Origin: Candidatus Binataceae bacterium
GTDB taxonomy: Bacteria > Desulfobacterota > Binatia > Binatales > Binataceae
Assembly: GCA_035541875.1 (NCBI GenBank)
Contig: DATKML010000034.1
Location: forward strand, 56,367-120,366
Direction of reading: 5' to 3'
Length of the DNA: 64,000 bases
In this document: positions 52,165-60,865 of the stretch, one piece after another
How the letters are laid out: every line of letters begins with the position of its first letter
Position numbering within the stretch: position 1 is the stretch's first letter
Notes under the pieces: model-generated
What the model was told of the DNA's origin: nothing
The model's database searches: none
What the model saw: only the letters and a program-made list of their open reading frames with translations
Position numbers and translations under genes: made by a program

Positions 52165-53202
52165 ATGATGAGATCACTTACCCGTGCCCGTCCCTCTCAG
52201 ACGGCTACGGTATTAGCGCTCCTGATCACGCTGCTGGCGGCGCGAGCGAACGCTCAGAATGACCCACTGCCGTCCTGGAACGAGGGCCCGGCCAAGCAGT
52301 CAATCATAACCCTCGCGAAGGATGTCACGGATAAGTCGAGCCCCTCGTATGTAGAACCACAAGATCGCATCGCCACCTTCGACCAGGACGGGACTCTCTG
52401 GGTTGAACACCCGATATACACACAGGTGGCCTTCGCGCTTGACCGTGTGGTGGAATTGGCGCCGAAGCATCCGGAGTGGAAAGCCACTGAGCCCTTCAAG
52501 GCGGTTCTCACTGACGACAAAGCCGCCATGGCCAAGTTTACGCTCCGCGACTTCGAAAAGATTATTTTCGCGACCCACACTGGCATGACCGTGGAACAAT
52601 TCAATGCGATCGCCAAGGATTGGATCGCCAAAGCCAGAAATCCGCGATGGAAGAGGCCCTATACTGACCTTGTATATCAGCCGATGCGAGAGGTTCTCGA
52701 CTATCTGCGGGCTAATGGCTTCAAGACCTACATCGTTACGGGGGGTGGTCAGGACTTCGTTCGGTCTTACGCGGTGCAAACCTACGGCATACCGCCCGAG
52801 CAGATTATTGGGTCGGCGCTCGAGACCGATTACACCTATAACAAAGAAGGTCAGGGGATATTGATGCGGCCTCCCAAGGTGTTGCTTAACAACAACTTCT
52901 CGGGCAAGCCGGAAGACATCTATCTGTTCACCGGGCGTCGTCCTCAGGCCACATTCGGCAATTCGACTGGCGACAGGGAGATGCTGGAATACACCCAAAC
53001 TGGCGGCAAGGAGGCGTTGATGATGCTGGTACTTCACGATGATCCGACCCGCGAGTATGCCTACGGCCCGGCTCAAGGGCTGCCGGATACCAAGGTCGGT
53101 ACTTTTTCGAAGGCACTGTATGACGAAGCGAGGACCCGAGGCTGGAACGTCATCAGCATGAAAAAGGATTGGAAACGAATCTTCGCCTTTGACCCCCAAT
53201 AG
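52165..53202 (+). CDS. Secreted HAD-superfamily hydrolase (putative phosphatase).
   Basis: It has a signal peptide. HAD motif I is FDQDGTLW. The later motifs are YIVTGGG and FGNSTGD. Confidence 0.65.
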   Translation: MMRSLTRARPSQTATVLALLITLLAARANAQNDPLPSWNEGPAKQSIITLAKDVTDKSSPSYVEPQDRIATFDQDGTLWVEHPIYTQVAFALDRVVELAPKHPEWKATEPFKAVLTDDKAAMAKFTLRDFEKIIFATHTGMTVEQFNAIAKDWIAKARNPRWKRPYTDLVYQPMREVLDYLRANGFKTYIVTGGGQDFVRSYAVQTYGIPPEQIIGSALETDYTYNKEGQGILMRPPKVLLNNNFSGKPEDIYLFTGRRPQATFGNSTGDREMLEYTQTGGKEALMMLVLHDDPTREYAYGPAQGLPDTKVGTFSKALYDEARTRGWNVISMKKDWKRIFAFDPQ

Positions 53203-53259
53203 ACCAGACTGATATCGCCCTCGGTCCAGCGGGCGACAACACCGACTTCGAGGATACTG

Positions 53260-55341
53260 ATGAATCTGAGTGCCGTTTTTCGCTGTGTCCGAGCAGCAAG
53301 CCGATTGTGCCTTGCGATTTCGGTCGTGATGTTCGCAATCTCAGGGTTTGGCCGGGCTTGCGCGGCCGACAGCATTGAAGGTCGCGTGCTTGGCGGAGGC
53401 GCGCCGATCGTCAAATCAACTGTGACCCTATGGTCCGCGAGTGCCGATGCGCCCAAGCAGTTAGCGCAGACACAGACCGGCGATAACGGTCACTTTACGC
53501 TGAGCGCAGAGGGATCCGCTGATGGCAGCCTTTATCTGGTGGCGACCGGCGGGGAGCCCACTGCCAATAGGGGCGGCGGGAACAACCCGGCGATTGTGCT
53601 CATCGCTGTCCTCGGCAGCAAACCGCCGGCCAAAGTCACGATCAACGAGTTCACGACCGTGGCCTCGGTGTGGACTAACGCCCAGTTTCTGGAAGGCAGC
53701 GTACTCCAGGGTCACGCGCTAGGGTTGCGAATCGCGGCCGGCAATGTGCCCAATTTCGTCGACCTCGGGAGCGGCGGTTACGGGCCGATGATTGAGGACG
53801 CCCTCAACAGCAGCCAGACCCCGACGATGGCGAATTTTGCCACCCTCGCCAACGTATTGGCGGGTTGCGTCACACAGGTGAAGGCTGATGCCTGCAGCAG
53901 CTTATTCGCTGCGGCGACGCCCCCGAGCGGACAGGTTCCGATCGATACGCTGACTGCGGCTGAGTCAATCGCTCGGAATTCTGCGTACCAGCCGAGTAGG
54001 ACGTTCGCATTGCTGAATACCTTTTATCCAGTTCCGAAGGGTAAGCAGCTACGCGTTACGCCGTTTCTGCCCTATCTTAGCTTCGCCCCGAGCGCGTGGG
54101 TCTTGCCTCTTAAGTTCGCGGGCGGTGGTTACATCGGTGGCGCCAAAGTGATGTTCGACAGTGAAGGTAACGCATGGAGCGGCGCCAATTTCATAGTTGG
54201 TTCGCAGGGGCACGATGCCCTCTGGGACGGCAATATGTCGGAGTTCGCTCCGAATGGCCGACCGCTTTCGCCGATGACTACGGGCTTTCATGGCGGCGGT
54301 CTGCAAGGCCCCGGGTTCGGTACCGCGATTGACGCCAACGACCGCGTCTGGATCGACAGCACCAGCGGAAGGACGATCTCGCTGTTCGACCACCAGGGTC
54401 AGCCGCTGTCGCCGCCTGAGGGCTACAACTTCGGCGGGAAGCTCGGCTACATGCAGGGCGTTATCGTTACGCCCAGTGGTGACGTCTGGGCAGTCGATTT
54501 CACCAACGACAGGGTGGTGTTCATGCCCAAGGGCGATCCTGCCAAGGCCAAGTTCTATTGCGAGTCGACGAACGGTAAACCCAACAAGGACAGTCCGTGC
54601 AAGTTGAGCGGCCCGTTCCATCTTGTCATCGACCAGCAAGACCGGATTTGGATCGACAACGCGATCGGCGACACCGTGACCCGCTTCCCCGCGAGCGATC
54701 CCACCAAAGCCGAAGTGTTTCCAACTGGCGGCCACAGCGGCAAGGGTATGGCGGTCGACAGCAAGGGCAATGTCTGGATCACCAATACGTTGGGCGCTGG
54801 GATGACGCTCGCGACAAAACTCAAGCTGCTCGACCTGAAGCTCAGAGGGCGGATGGCAGACGCCGATCAACTGGTCCTCAGGAATCTGTTGGCGAAGCCC
54901 GGTTTAGGCAGCGTGTCGATGCTGCGACCAGACGGCAGCCCCGCACCGGGATCACCGTTCAATCCAGGCAGCATCTGGGGTGCTTGGGCTGTGTCGATAG
55001 ACGGTAACGACCACGTCTGGGTTTCCAATTTTGCGCCCGGCGGCGGCGTCAGCGAGTTGTGCGGTGCACGTACTGAGACCTGTCCGCCCGGCATGAAGAC
55101 CGGTGATCCGATTTCCCCGCCCGGCGGCTACAAGGGCGGTGGAATGCAAATGCTGGTGGATGCCTCGATCGACCCGGCTGGCAATGTCTGGGTGTCTAAT
55201 AACTGGCAGGATCCCGCGTCTTGCTACGGCAAGCCGGATGAGAGTCTTTCCACCCGCTGCGGCGGCCAAGGCATGACGGTCTTCTACGGCATGGCCAAGC
55301 CGGTGCGCTCGCCCCAGATAGGCCCAGCCCGCGGGTTCTAG
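53260..55341 (+). CDS. Secreted protein with an N-terminal carboxypeptidase-regulatory-like domain and a six-bladed NHL/Vgb-lyase-like beta-propeller.
   Basis: It has a signal peptide. An early GRVLGGGAPIVKSTVTLW beta-sandwich motif is present. Blade motifs recur: DRVWIDS, GDVWAVD, DRIWIDN, GNVWITN, DHVWVSN, GNVWVSN. Confidence 0.6.
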   Translation: MNLSAVFRCVRAASRLCLAISVVMFAISGFGRACAADSIEGRVLGGGAPIVKSTVTLWSASADAPKQLAQTQTGDNGHFTLSAEGSADGSLYLVATGGEPTANRGGGNNPAIVLIAVLGSKPPAKVTINEFTTVASVWTNAQFLEGSVLQGHALGLRIAAGNVPNFVDLGSGGYGPMIEDALNSSQTPTMANFATLANVLAGCVTQVKADACSSLFAAATPPSGQVPIDTLTAAESIARNSAYQPSRTFALLNTFYPVPKGKQLRVTPFLPYLSFAPSAWVLPLKFAGGGYIGGAKVMFDSEGNAWSGANFIVGSQGHDALWDGNMSEFAPNGRPLSPMTTGFHGGGLQGPGFGTAIDANDRVWIDSTSGRTISLFDHQGQPLSPPEGYNFGGKLGYMQGVIVTPSGDVWAVDFTNDRVVFMPKGDPAKAKFYCESTNGKPNKDSPCKLSGPFHLVIDQQDRIWIDNAIGDTVTRFPASDPTKAEVFPTGGHSGKGMAVDSKGNVWITNTLGAGMTLATKLKLLDLKLRGRMADADQLVLRNLLAKPGLGSVSMLRPDGSPAPGSPFNPGSIWGAWAVSIDGNDHVWVSNFAPGGGVSELCGARTETCPPGMKTGDPISPPGGYKGGGMQMLVDASIDPAGNVWVSNNWQDPASCYGKPDESLSTRCGGQGMTVFYGMAKPVRSPQIGPARGF

Positions 55342-55451
55342 TTTCTGAACACACCAAAGGTGACCCAGGGCACGGGATCGCAAGCTCGATCAGACTGATC
55401 GAATTGTCGGACGTAACCGGACGTAACTACTATAAGAGCGGAGGCTGTTTT

Positions 55452-56315
55452 TTGAAATTTCGATGCACGAGGGCGATTGTTCTGGTCGGGCTTCTTGGCA
55501 TGGTGCTCGTTGCTCCCGTCTCGGCGCAAGCGAACGACGACAAATCGCTGGACGAAGTCAACAAGCAGCTCTCGAATCCGATTTCGAGCATCTGGGCACT
55601 ACAGCTTCAGGAGAACACCTACTGGCTGAACAACCCCGAGCGTAACGCGGTGAACCTTCAATTTCAGCCGGTGCTACCGTTAGCACTGACTGACGATTGG
55701 AATCTAATCACGCGGCCGGTGTTCCAGGTAATGAACTCTTCGCCGTACGTCAACGAGACCGGTAATCTTCATCGCGTGACCGGCTTCGGTGACACGATCC
55801 TGGCGACGATGCTCTCGCCTAGTCCGAAGCTAGCGGGTCCGTGGCTGCTGGGCGCAGGTCCTAGTTTCATCCTTCCTACCGCGAGTAATTCTCGCCTTGG
55901 GCAGAACAAATGGCAGTTGGGGCCGTCAGGCGTGTTCGGTTACCTGGGCGACAAATGGATCGCCGGCGTATTTCCCCAGCAGTGGTTCTCGGTCGGTGGC
56001 CCAGGTCCTCAGACCGTTAGTCAGATGAACATCCAGTACTTTTTCCAATATTTTCCGGGCAAAGGCTGGGGCATCGGGACGTCACCGAACATGCTCGTTA
56101 ACTGGTATGCCAGCAAGAGCGCGAACGACATTACGTTTCCTATCGGGATGCAAATCAGCAAAGTGATCAGGATTGGCCCGCTTCCTGTGAAATTTGCCGT
56201 TCAAGGCCAGTACATGCCCGTCCATCCGGAGGAATTCGGCCAGAAGTGGAATCTACAGTTCGCGGTGACTCCGGTTATCCCGAAGCTGATCAAAGGGAAT
56301 CTCTTCGGCGATTGA
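55452..56315 (+). CDS. Outer-membrane beta-barrel protein (transporter-like; MetA/phenol-pathway OMP-like).
   Basis: The TTG start at 55452 follows GGAGG. The signal peptide is MKFRCTRAIVLVGLLGMVLVAPVSAQA. It shows an alternating amphipathic strand pattern and a C-terminal aromatic residue. Confidence 0.5.
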   Translation: MKFRCTRAIVLVGLLGMVLVAPVSAQANDDKSLDEVNKQLSNPISSIWALQLQENTYWLNNPERNAVNLQFQPVLPLALTDDWNLITRPVFQVMNSSPYVNETGNLHRVTGFGDTILATMLSPSPKLAGPWLLGAGPSFILPTASNSRLGQNKWQLGPSGVFGYLGDKWIAGVFPQQWFSVGGPGPQTVSQMNIQYFFQYFPGKGWGIGTSPNMLVNWYASKSANDITFPIGMQISKVIRIGPLPVKFAVQGQYMPVHPEEFGQKWNLQFAVTPVIPKLIKGNLFGD

Positions 56316-56383
56316 CGCACGCTGGCAATGTGGCGTTGAAACAAACCGACTTTGACAGCTGTTTCGTCCAAGGACAAAGCAAT

Positions 56384-57169
56384 TTGCACTACTTCAAGCG
56401 AAATCCTTCCCGCGTAATCTCGCTGTTTCTCATCAGCGTTTTGCTGCTCACCACTCGGTCCGCTCGTGCACAGGGGGTTGTGCTCCCACTCCCGGCAGCG
56501 GATCAGCAGATGATCTCTGCTCAGCTTGGTCCGGGTATCGTGGGCGCCGCATTGCCGAGTGTTCCGATCGCGGACGTTTCGACTTACTTTCCACTTCAGG
56601 AGAAAGCTTCGAACTATCAGGTCACAAGTGGTCCGAACGTTGGAAACACGCAAACACTTGGCCTCGCCAAAGTCAGACGTCCGGGCGGGAAGCTGGCTTG
56701 GCGCTTTCAGTTTTCGCCCTCGCTGGCTGGCTTCATCAAGCAGACTGCGCAGGGCGACCTGATTATCCCGGCTGTCGGCGACATGGCGGAGGGCGTGGTG
56801 GTTATCACCACGCCGGCCAATCCCTTTATGCTCAAAGGCATGAAGCCCGGCGAATCCCGGTCTTACACGCAACAGGTCGTGGTTAATGCGCTGGATGACC
56901 CGGCGAACCAAGAATACTCAGGGTCATTAAACGGGATCTACACCTACCTGGGAACGTACCAGGTGAAAGTACCGGCCGGCAGCTATGCGGCCGTGCTTCT
57001 ACGTCTGAAGTGCGAAGGCAAGGTCGGTCCGGCCCAGACCAACGACACAGCTTATTACTTCTTCGCGCCCGGCAAGGGCATGATAGCAATGATCAGCCAG
57101 GAGGATGCGACCGCATTCTGGATAATCCATATCGACACCACATCCGGCAAAGTGCTTACGGCCAACTGA
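56384..57169 (+). CDS. Hypothetical secreted protein.
   Basis: An internal TTG start yields the signal peptide ...RVISLFLISVLLLTTRSARAQG. The listed N-extension overlaps the upstream gene. Confidence 0.45.
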   Translation: MHYFKRNPSRVISLFLISVLLLTTRSARAQGVVLPLPAADQQMISAQLGPGIVGAALPSVPIADVSTYFPLQEKASNYQVTSGPNVGNTQTLGLAKVRRPGGKLAWRFQFSPSLAGFIKQTAQGDLIIPAVGDMAEGVVVITTPANPFMLKGMKPGESRSYTQQVVVNALDDPANQEYSGSLNGIYTYLGTYQVKVPAGSYAAVLLRLKCEGKVGPAQTNDTAYYFFAPGKGMIAMISQEDATAFWIIHIDTTSGKVLTAN

Positions 57170-57266
57170 GTAGCCTCACTAAATAACTCCAGGGTCCCGC
57201 CTTCAGGTTGGTCTTCCTCCAATATTTCCTTTCGATCTGAATCGCGTCAGCAACCGCGGCGACCCT

Positions 57267-57728
57267 ATGGACATACAAATGCAGTCAGCCACCATAGGCG
57301 CCTGGAGTGGCAACTGGGCTTGGAGCCTCCCAATAATCGTTCTCAACGTGATGATTCACGTGACGGTCCTCGCTTTCGTCAACGAAAAGCTCGACGGCGT
57401 AATGAGCGGTGTAGTGGGTCGTCGGGACCGTATGCCGCGATTCGCACTGGTTATGGGCGCGACGACTCTATTGGCGACAATGCTTCATGGGATTGAGGCA
57501 TTCATCTGGGCGGCTGCATACCGCGCTTTGGACTCTTTACCCGACTACAAATCCGCGATGCTTTATTCGCTCAGCGCAATGACGAGTTATGGTCACGCGA
57601 ATCTATATCTCGATCCCCAGTGGCAAATGATGGGTGCTCTAGAAGCGCTGAACGGAATGCTGCTACTCGGATTAACCACCGCCTTTCTGTTCTCGATGAT
57701 CCGGAAGATTTCACAGGCCCCTGGGTAG
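57267..57728 (+). CDS. Small membrane protein with a two-TM pore-domain-like topology (ion-channel-like).
   Basis: It has TM1, then a pore-helix-like LYSLSAMTSYGHANLY (compare K-channel TMTTVGYGD), then TM2. The filter is degenerate. Confidence 0.4.
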   Translation: MDIQMQSATIGAWSGNWAWSLPIIVLNVMIHVTVLAFVNEKLDGVMSGVVGRRDRMPRFALVMGATTLLATMLHGIEAFIWAAAYRALDSLPDYKSAMLYSLSAMTSYGHANLYLDPQWQMMGALEALNGMLLLGLTTAFLFSMIRKISQAPG

Positions 57729-57885
57729 AATTGGACATAGCAATGACTGAGGTTATACGGGCGAGCATTGTGTCGCTGCCTCCGCTGGCAAAATTCGCGG
57801 TCGGAATGTCGATAATTGTGGTCGTGCCGCCGCTTTGTCGTCGCATCAAGCTATCGGCAGGGCACCGAGGCGTTGTTTACTGCTC

Positions 57886-58314
57886 TCATCCAGTATGATG
57901 GAGTGGGTTCACTGAGCTTTGGACGCTGCCTTGAGCCATCAACCAAGGACCGCCCACGGGCTGGTCGGGATCGTAACCGATGATTTCGACTTGCTCCTCG
58001 GCGCCGTCACGCAGCTTCAGGAAGCCCCAACTCAGCATAATCGGCTTCGCCCAGAGTACTTCCGGAAGAGTCGCAACCCTCTTAACACTGGCGTCGTTGA
58101 AGAGCTTGGCGAAATCGACGTTGCGAATGCCCTTTGAGGCGATCCAGATATCGGCTCCTGAAGCGTGGCGGATGAGCGAGGTCGCGTTGCCCATCATCCC
58201 GATGTACAGGCCTACCTCAACGATAGTTAAGAACGGCGATATGACTACTCCGCCCAGCGTGACCGCGAGGCGTAAGCGATTGTAGAGACTCATCCGCAGC
58301 GCCAGCCATAGCAC
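57886..58314 (-). pseudogene. Truncated DevC/FtsX-like ABC transporter permease (N-terminal 142 aa only).
   Basis: The N-terminal TM plus the start of the periplasmic domain (LWLALRMSLYNRLRLAVTLGGVVISPF...GADIWIASKG) resemble DevC/MacB-type permeases of about 390 aa. The ORF ends prematurely and no continuation exists in any frame. Confidence 0.5.
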
Positions 58315-58341
58315 GGATTCGTAACCTTTCTTGCCTGCTAG

Positions 58342-58953
58342 TCAGTGGGCCGATGAGTGCGCCGGAGCATCCCAGGCGACGTGTCCAACTGCCGTCACAT
58401 CGAGGTCGACCTGTTTGGCTACGGAAAGGAAAAGGATGCTCGGATCTTTCATGCCCCACGCCACATAAGGGATCACAAACTGGGTATGAGCCGTGAGTTC
58501 ATTGCCCACTAACTTGCCTTGTAGATCGATACCCTGTGGATGCTCCATACCGTGGATTAGGAGAGTTCCGTCGAGGTGAGCAGAAAAGTAACCGTCCTCG
58601 CCGAGGGAGCCAGTCACATGACGAGCGGTAAAGACGATAGTCGGATACTTGGAGGATTCAAGCACCTCGCGGTTCATGTTTGCGTCGCGCGAGGGCATCT
58701 GGCTGTCGCCGCTGGTTGCATCAATTACTACGGACCCATTCGCTGTGCTTGTTGTGGGATCGGCAGCGATCGTTCCCTGCGTAAGCTTGAACGTACCGTG
58801 AGTATCGTGGAGCGCACCCGGTAAGCTGAACTGGATGATAGTTCGCGCGGGATCGAGCGTGACGGTTCCAGCGCGTGGTTCGGCTGCTAAAGCGTGGCTA
58901 CGCCAACCGAGCGAGGCCGCGACGTAGAGGCAGGCAACGCTCCTATATAACAT
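58342..58953 (-). CDS. YceI-like periplasmic (polyisoprenoid-binding) protein.
   Basis: It has a signal peptide and an 8-strand lipocalin-like YceI pattern. It overlaps the upstream aminotransferase by 11 nt. Confidence 0.7.
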   Translation of the reverse strand: MLYRSVACLYVAASLGWRSHALAAEPRAGTVTLDPARTIIQFSLPGALHDTHGTFKLTQGTIAADPTTSTANGSVVIDATSGDSQMPSRDANMNREVLESSKYPTIVFTARHVTGSLGEDGYFSAHLDGTLLIHGMEHPQGIDLQGKLVGNELTAHTQFVIPYVAWGMKDPSILFLSVAKQVDLDVTAVGHVAWDAPAHSSAH

Positions 58954-60304
58954 TGATTACCCGCCGGGCCGTGTTCAGTGCCTCCGTCCAGAAGCTGGTC
59001 GAACTATGCATCAGATCGACTACACGCTCGAGCGCATCGGCGAACTGCGCCAATTGCGCTTCGGTGATCACGAGCGGTGGTGCAATCTTCAAGACCATGA
59101 AATTGTTGCCGCAAATCTGGCTGAAGATACCTTCGCGAAACAGCCGCATCACAACGACCTGGCCAAACATCGCGGGATGAATCCGGGCAAAGGCTTCGAA
59201 CAGGATACGCAAACGGAGTTTTTTGGGTGCACGAAACTCGATTCCGGAGAGCATCCCGCGACCGCGAATGGCTTTGATCATGTCGTATTTCTGAAAGCGT
59301 GAGGTGAGGTTCTCGCGGAAGCGCTCACTCATACGCTCCGCGCGCGCACCGAGGTCACCGTCCATGAGAACCTCCAGAGTGGCCAATCCCGCACGCATCG
59401 CGAGTCCGTTTTCACCGTAAGTCGATGCATGAATCATTGATCGCTTGAAAGAGGTGAAGACGGAATCGTAGATCGGATCCCTCATCAGCACTGCCGCTGA
59501 CGGCACCAGTCCCCCACTCATCGCCTTGGCCATGATCACCATGTCCGGCTCGACACCGAAATGGTGTGCGGCAAGGAACGGTCCCGTCCGAAACATCCCG
59601 GTCTGAACCTCGTCGAGCACCATCAAAGTGCCATATCGTCGGCAGAGTTCGGAGGCCTTTTGCAGATAGTCTGCCGATGGCACGAGCACACCTGACTCGG
59701 CCTGAATCGGCTCAAGGATAAAAGCGCCAAAGCGGCGCGATGCCAAGCGAGTCTTCAGCGCTTCCAAATCACCGAAGGGGACCGGCTCGGTGTCGGGCAA
59801 CAACGGACCAAAATCGGCCGTCCAGAACGGGTTATCCATCAAAGATAGCGCACCGCAGGTCAAGCCGTGAAAGCCACCCGAGGCATACAGGATGCCGGGA
59901 CGTTTGGTGTGAGCGTGGGCGAACTTGATGACCGTTTCGACCCCTTCACTCCCGGAGCTGCAAAAATAGACTTTGGATAACTTACCGCCGGCATTGGTAC
60001 AAAGTCGCAACGCTAGTTCGCCGGCCAGTTCAGGAACATGACCCTGCAACATCGCGGGGCCGTTGCCGTCAAGTTCCTCCTTTAGGGCGCGAATCACCGC
60101 CGGATGATTGTGGCCGATATTGTGCACGCAGTAACCGGAATTGAAATCGAGGATGCTGCGTCCATCTTCAGTGTAAAGCTCAGCACCGAGACAGCTCTTG
60201 TAGCGCACATTCATATCGAGAACGTCCAGGAACCGCACCCATTGGGGATTAACGTGATTCTCGTAGGGTTCCTGACTATTGGCGGGCAGTTTGGAAGCGA
60301 GCAT
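58943..60304 (-). CDS. Class III PLP-dependent aminotransferase.
   Basis: The PLP-Lys region is DEVQTGMFRTG...MAKAMSGG and the fold-type I class III pattern is present. Confidence 0.85.
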   Translation of the reverse strand: MLASKLPANSQEPYENHVNPQWVRFLDVLDMNVRYKSCLGAELYTEDGRSILDFNSGYCVHNIGHNHPAVIRALKEELDGNGPAMLQGHVPELAGELALRLCTNAGGKLSKVYFCSSGSEGVETVIKFAHAHTKRPGILYASGGFHGLTCGALSLMDNPFWTADFGPLLPDTEPVPFGDLEALKTRLASRRFGAFILEPIQAESGVLVPSADYLQKASELCRRYGTLMVLDEVQTGMFRTGPFLAAHHFGVEPDMVIMAKAMSGGLVPSAAVLMRDPIYDSVFTSFKRSMIHASTYGENGLAMRAGLATLEVLMDGDLGARAERMSERFRENLTSRFQKYDMIKAIRGRGMLSGIEFRAPKKLRLRILFEAFARIHPAMFGQVVVMRLFREGIFSQICGNNFMVLKIAPPLVITEAQLAQFADALERVVDLMHSSTSFWTEALNTARRVINVI

Positions 60305-60347
60305 AAGAAATTTACCTCTTATCGCGAGTGCCGCACTCGGACATTGA

Positions 60348-60806
60348 TCATTGCGGACCAGAACTAATCTGTGTCGCCAGCCACGCGCGCAGAGCCTGTT
60401 TTTCAGCGTTGCTCAGGCGCGCACTATGATCGAGCACTGTGTAGTTTCCGGGCGGCATCGAGCCGTTATTGATCGTCGATTCGATACTCTTCAGTTGGGT
60501 CTGCTGATGATGTGCGTCGTAGGTCGACCAATCTGAAAAATTGAGAGCCTGCCGCGCGGAACCAGCAGCCATGTAAGCTGGAGATAGAGCTGCGTACCAC
60601 GGCGCAGTGCCTGTCGTGCTGTGGCAGGTGTAGCACGATCGTTCGAGAATCTGATGAATGCGCGGATCTGTCGTAACTCCGCCATGCGAGGAGTTCGCGA
60701 GCTTCGTCGGCACCGATGAACTCTCCTGGGGTGTCGAACAAGCAGAGAGAAAAGATGCTCCAGCGACAACAAACAGTAGTCCGCAAAGGGGGCTGCGTTT
60801 GATCAT
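60348..60806 (-). CDS. Haem-binding-domain lipoprotein (CxxCH; Haem_bd-like).
   Basis: The lipobox is FLSACS. The single CYTCH motif is followed by a conserved W/Y-rich stretch. Confidence 0.6.
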   Translation of the reverse strand: MIKRSPLCGLLFVVAGASFLSACSTPQESSSVPTKLANSSHGGVTTDPRIHQILERSCYTCHSTTGTAPWYAALSPAYMAAGSARQALNFSDWSTYDAHHQQTQLKSIESTINNGSMPPGNYTVLDHSARLSNAEKQALRAWLATQISSGPQ

Positions 60807-60865
60807 GATAAATCAGCCATTCCTCATTGTCGGATGGTGTGCGATCGGTGAAGCCTTTCGACTCA

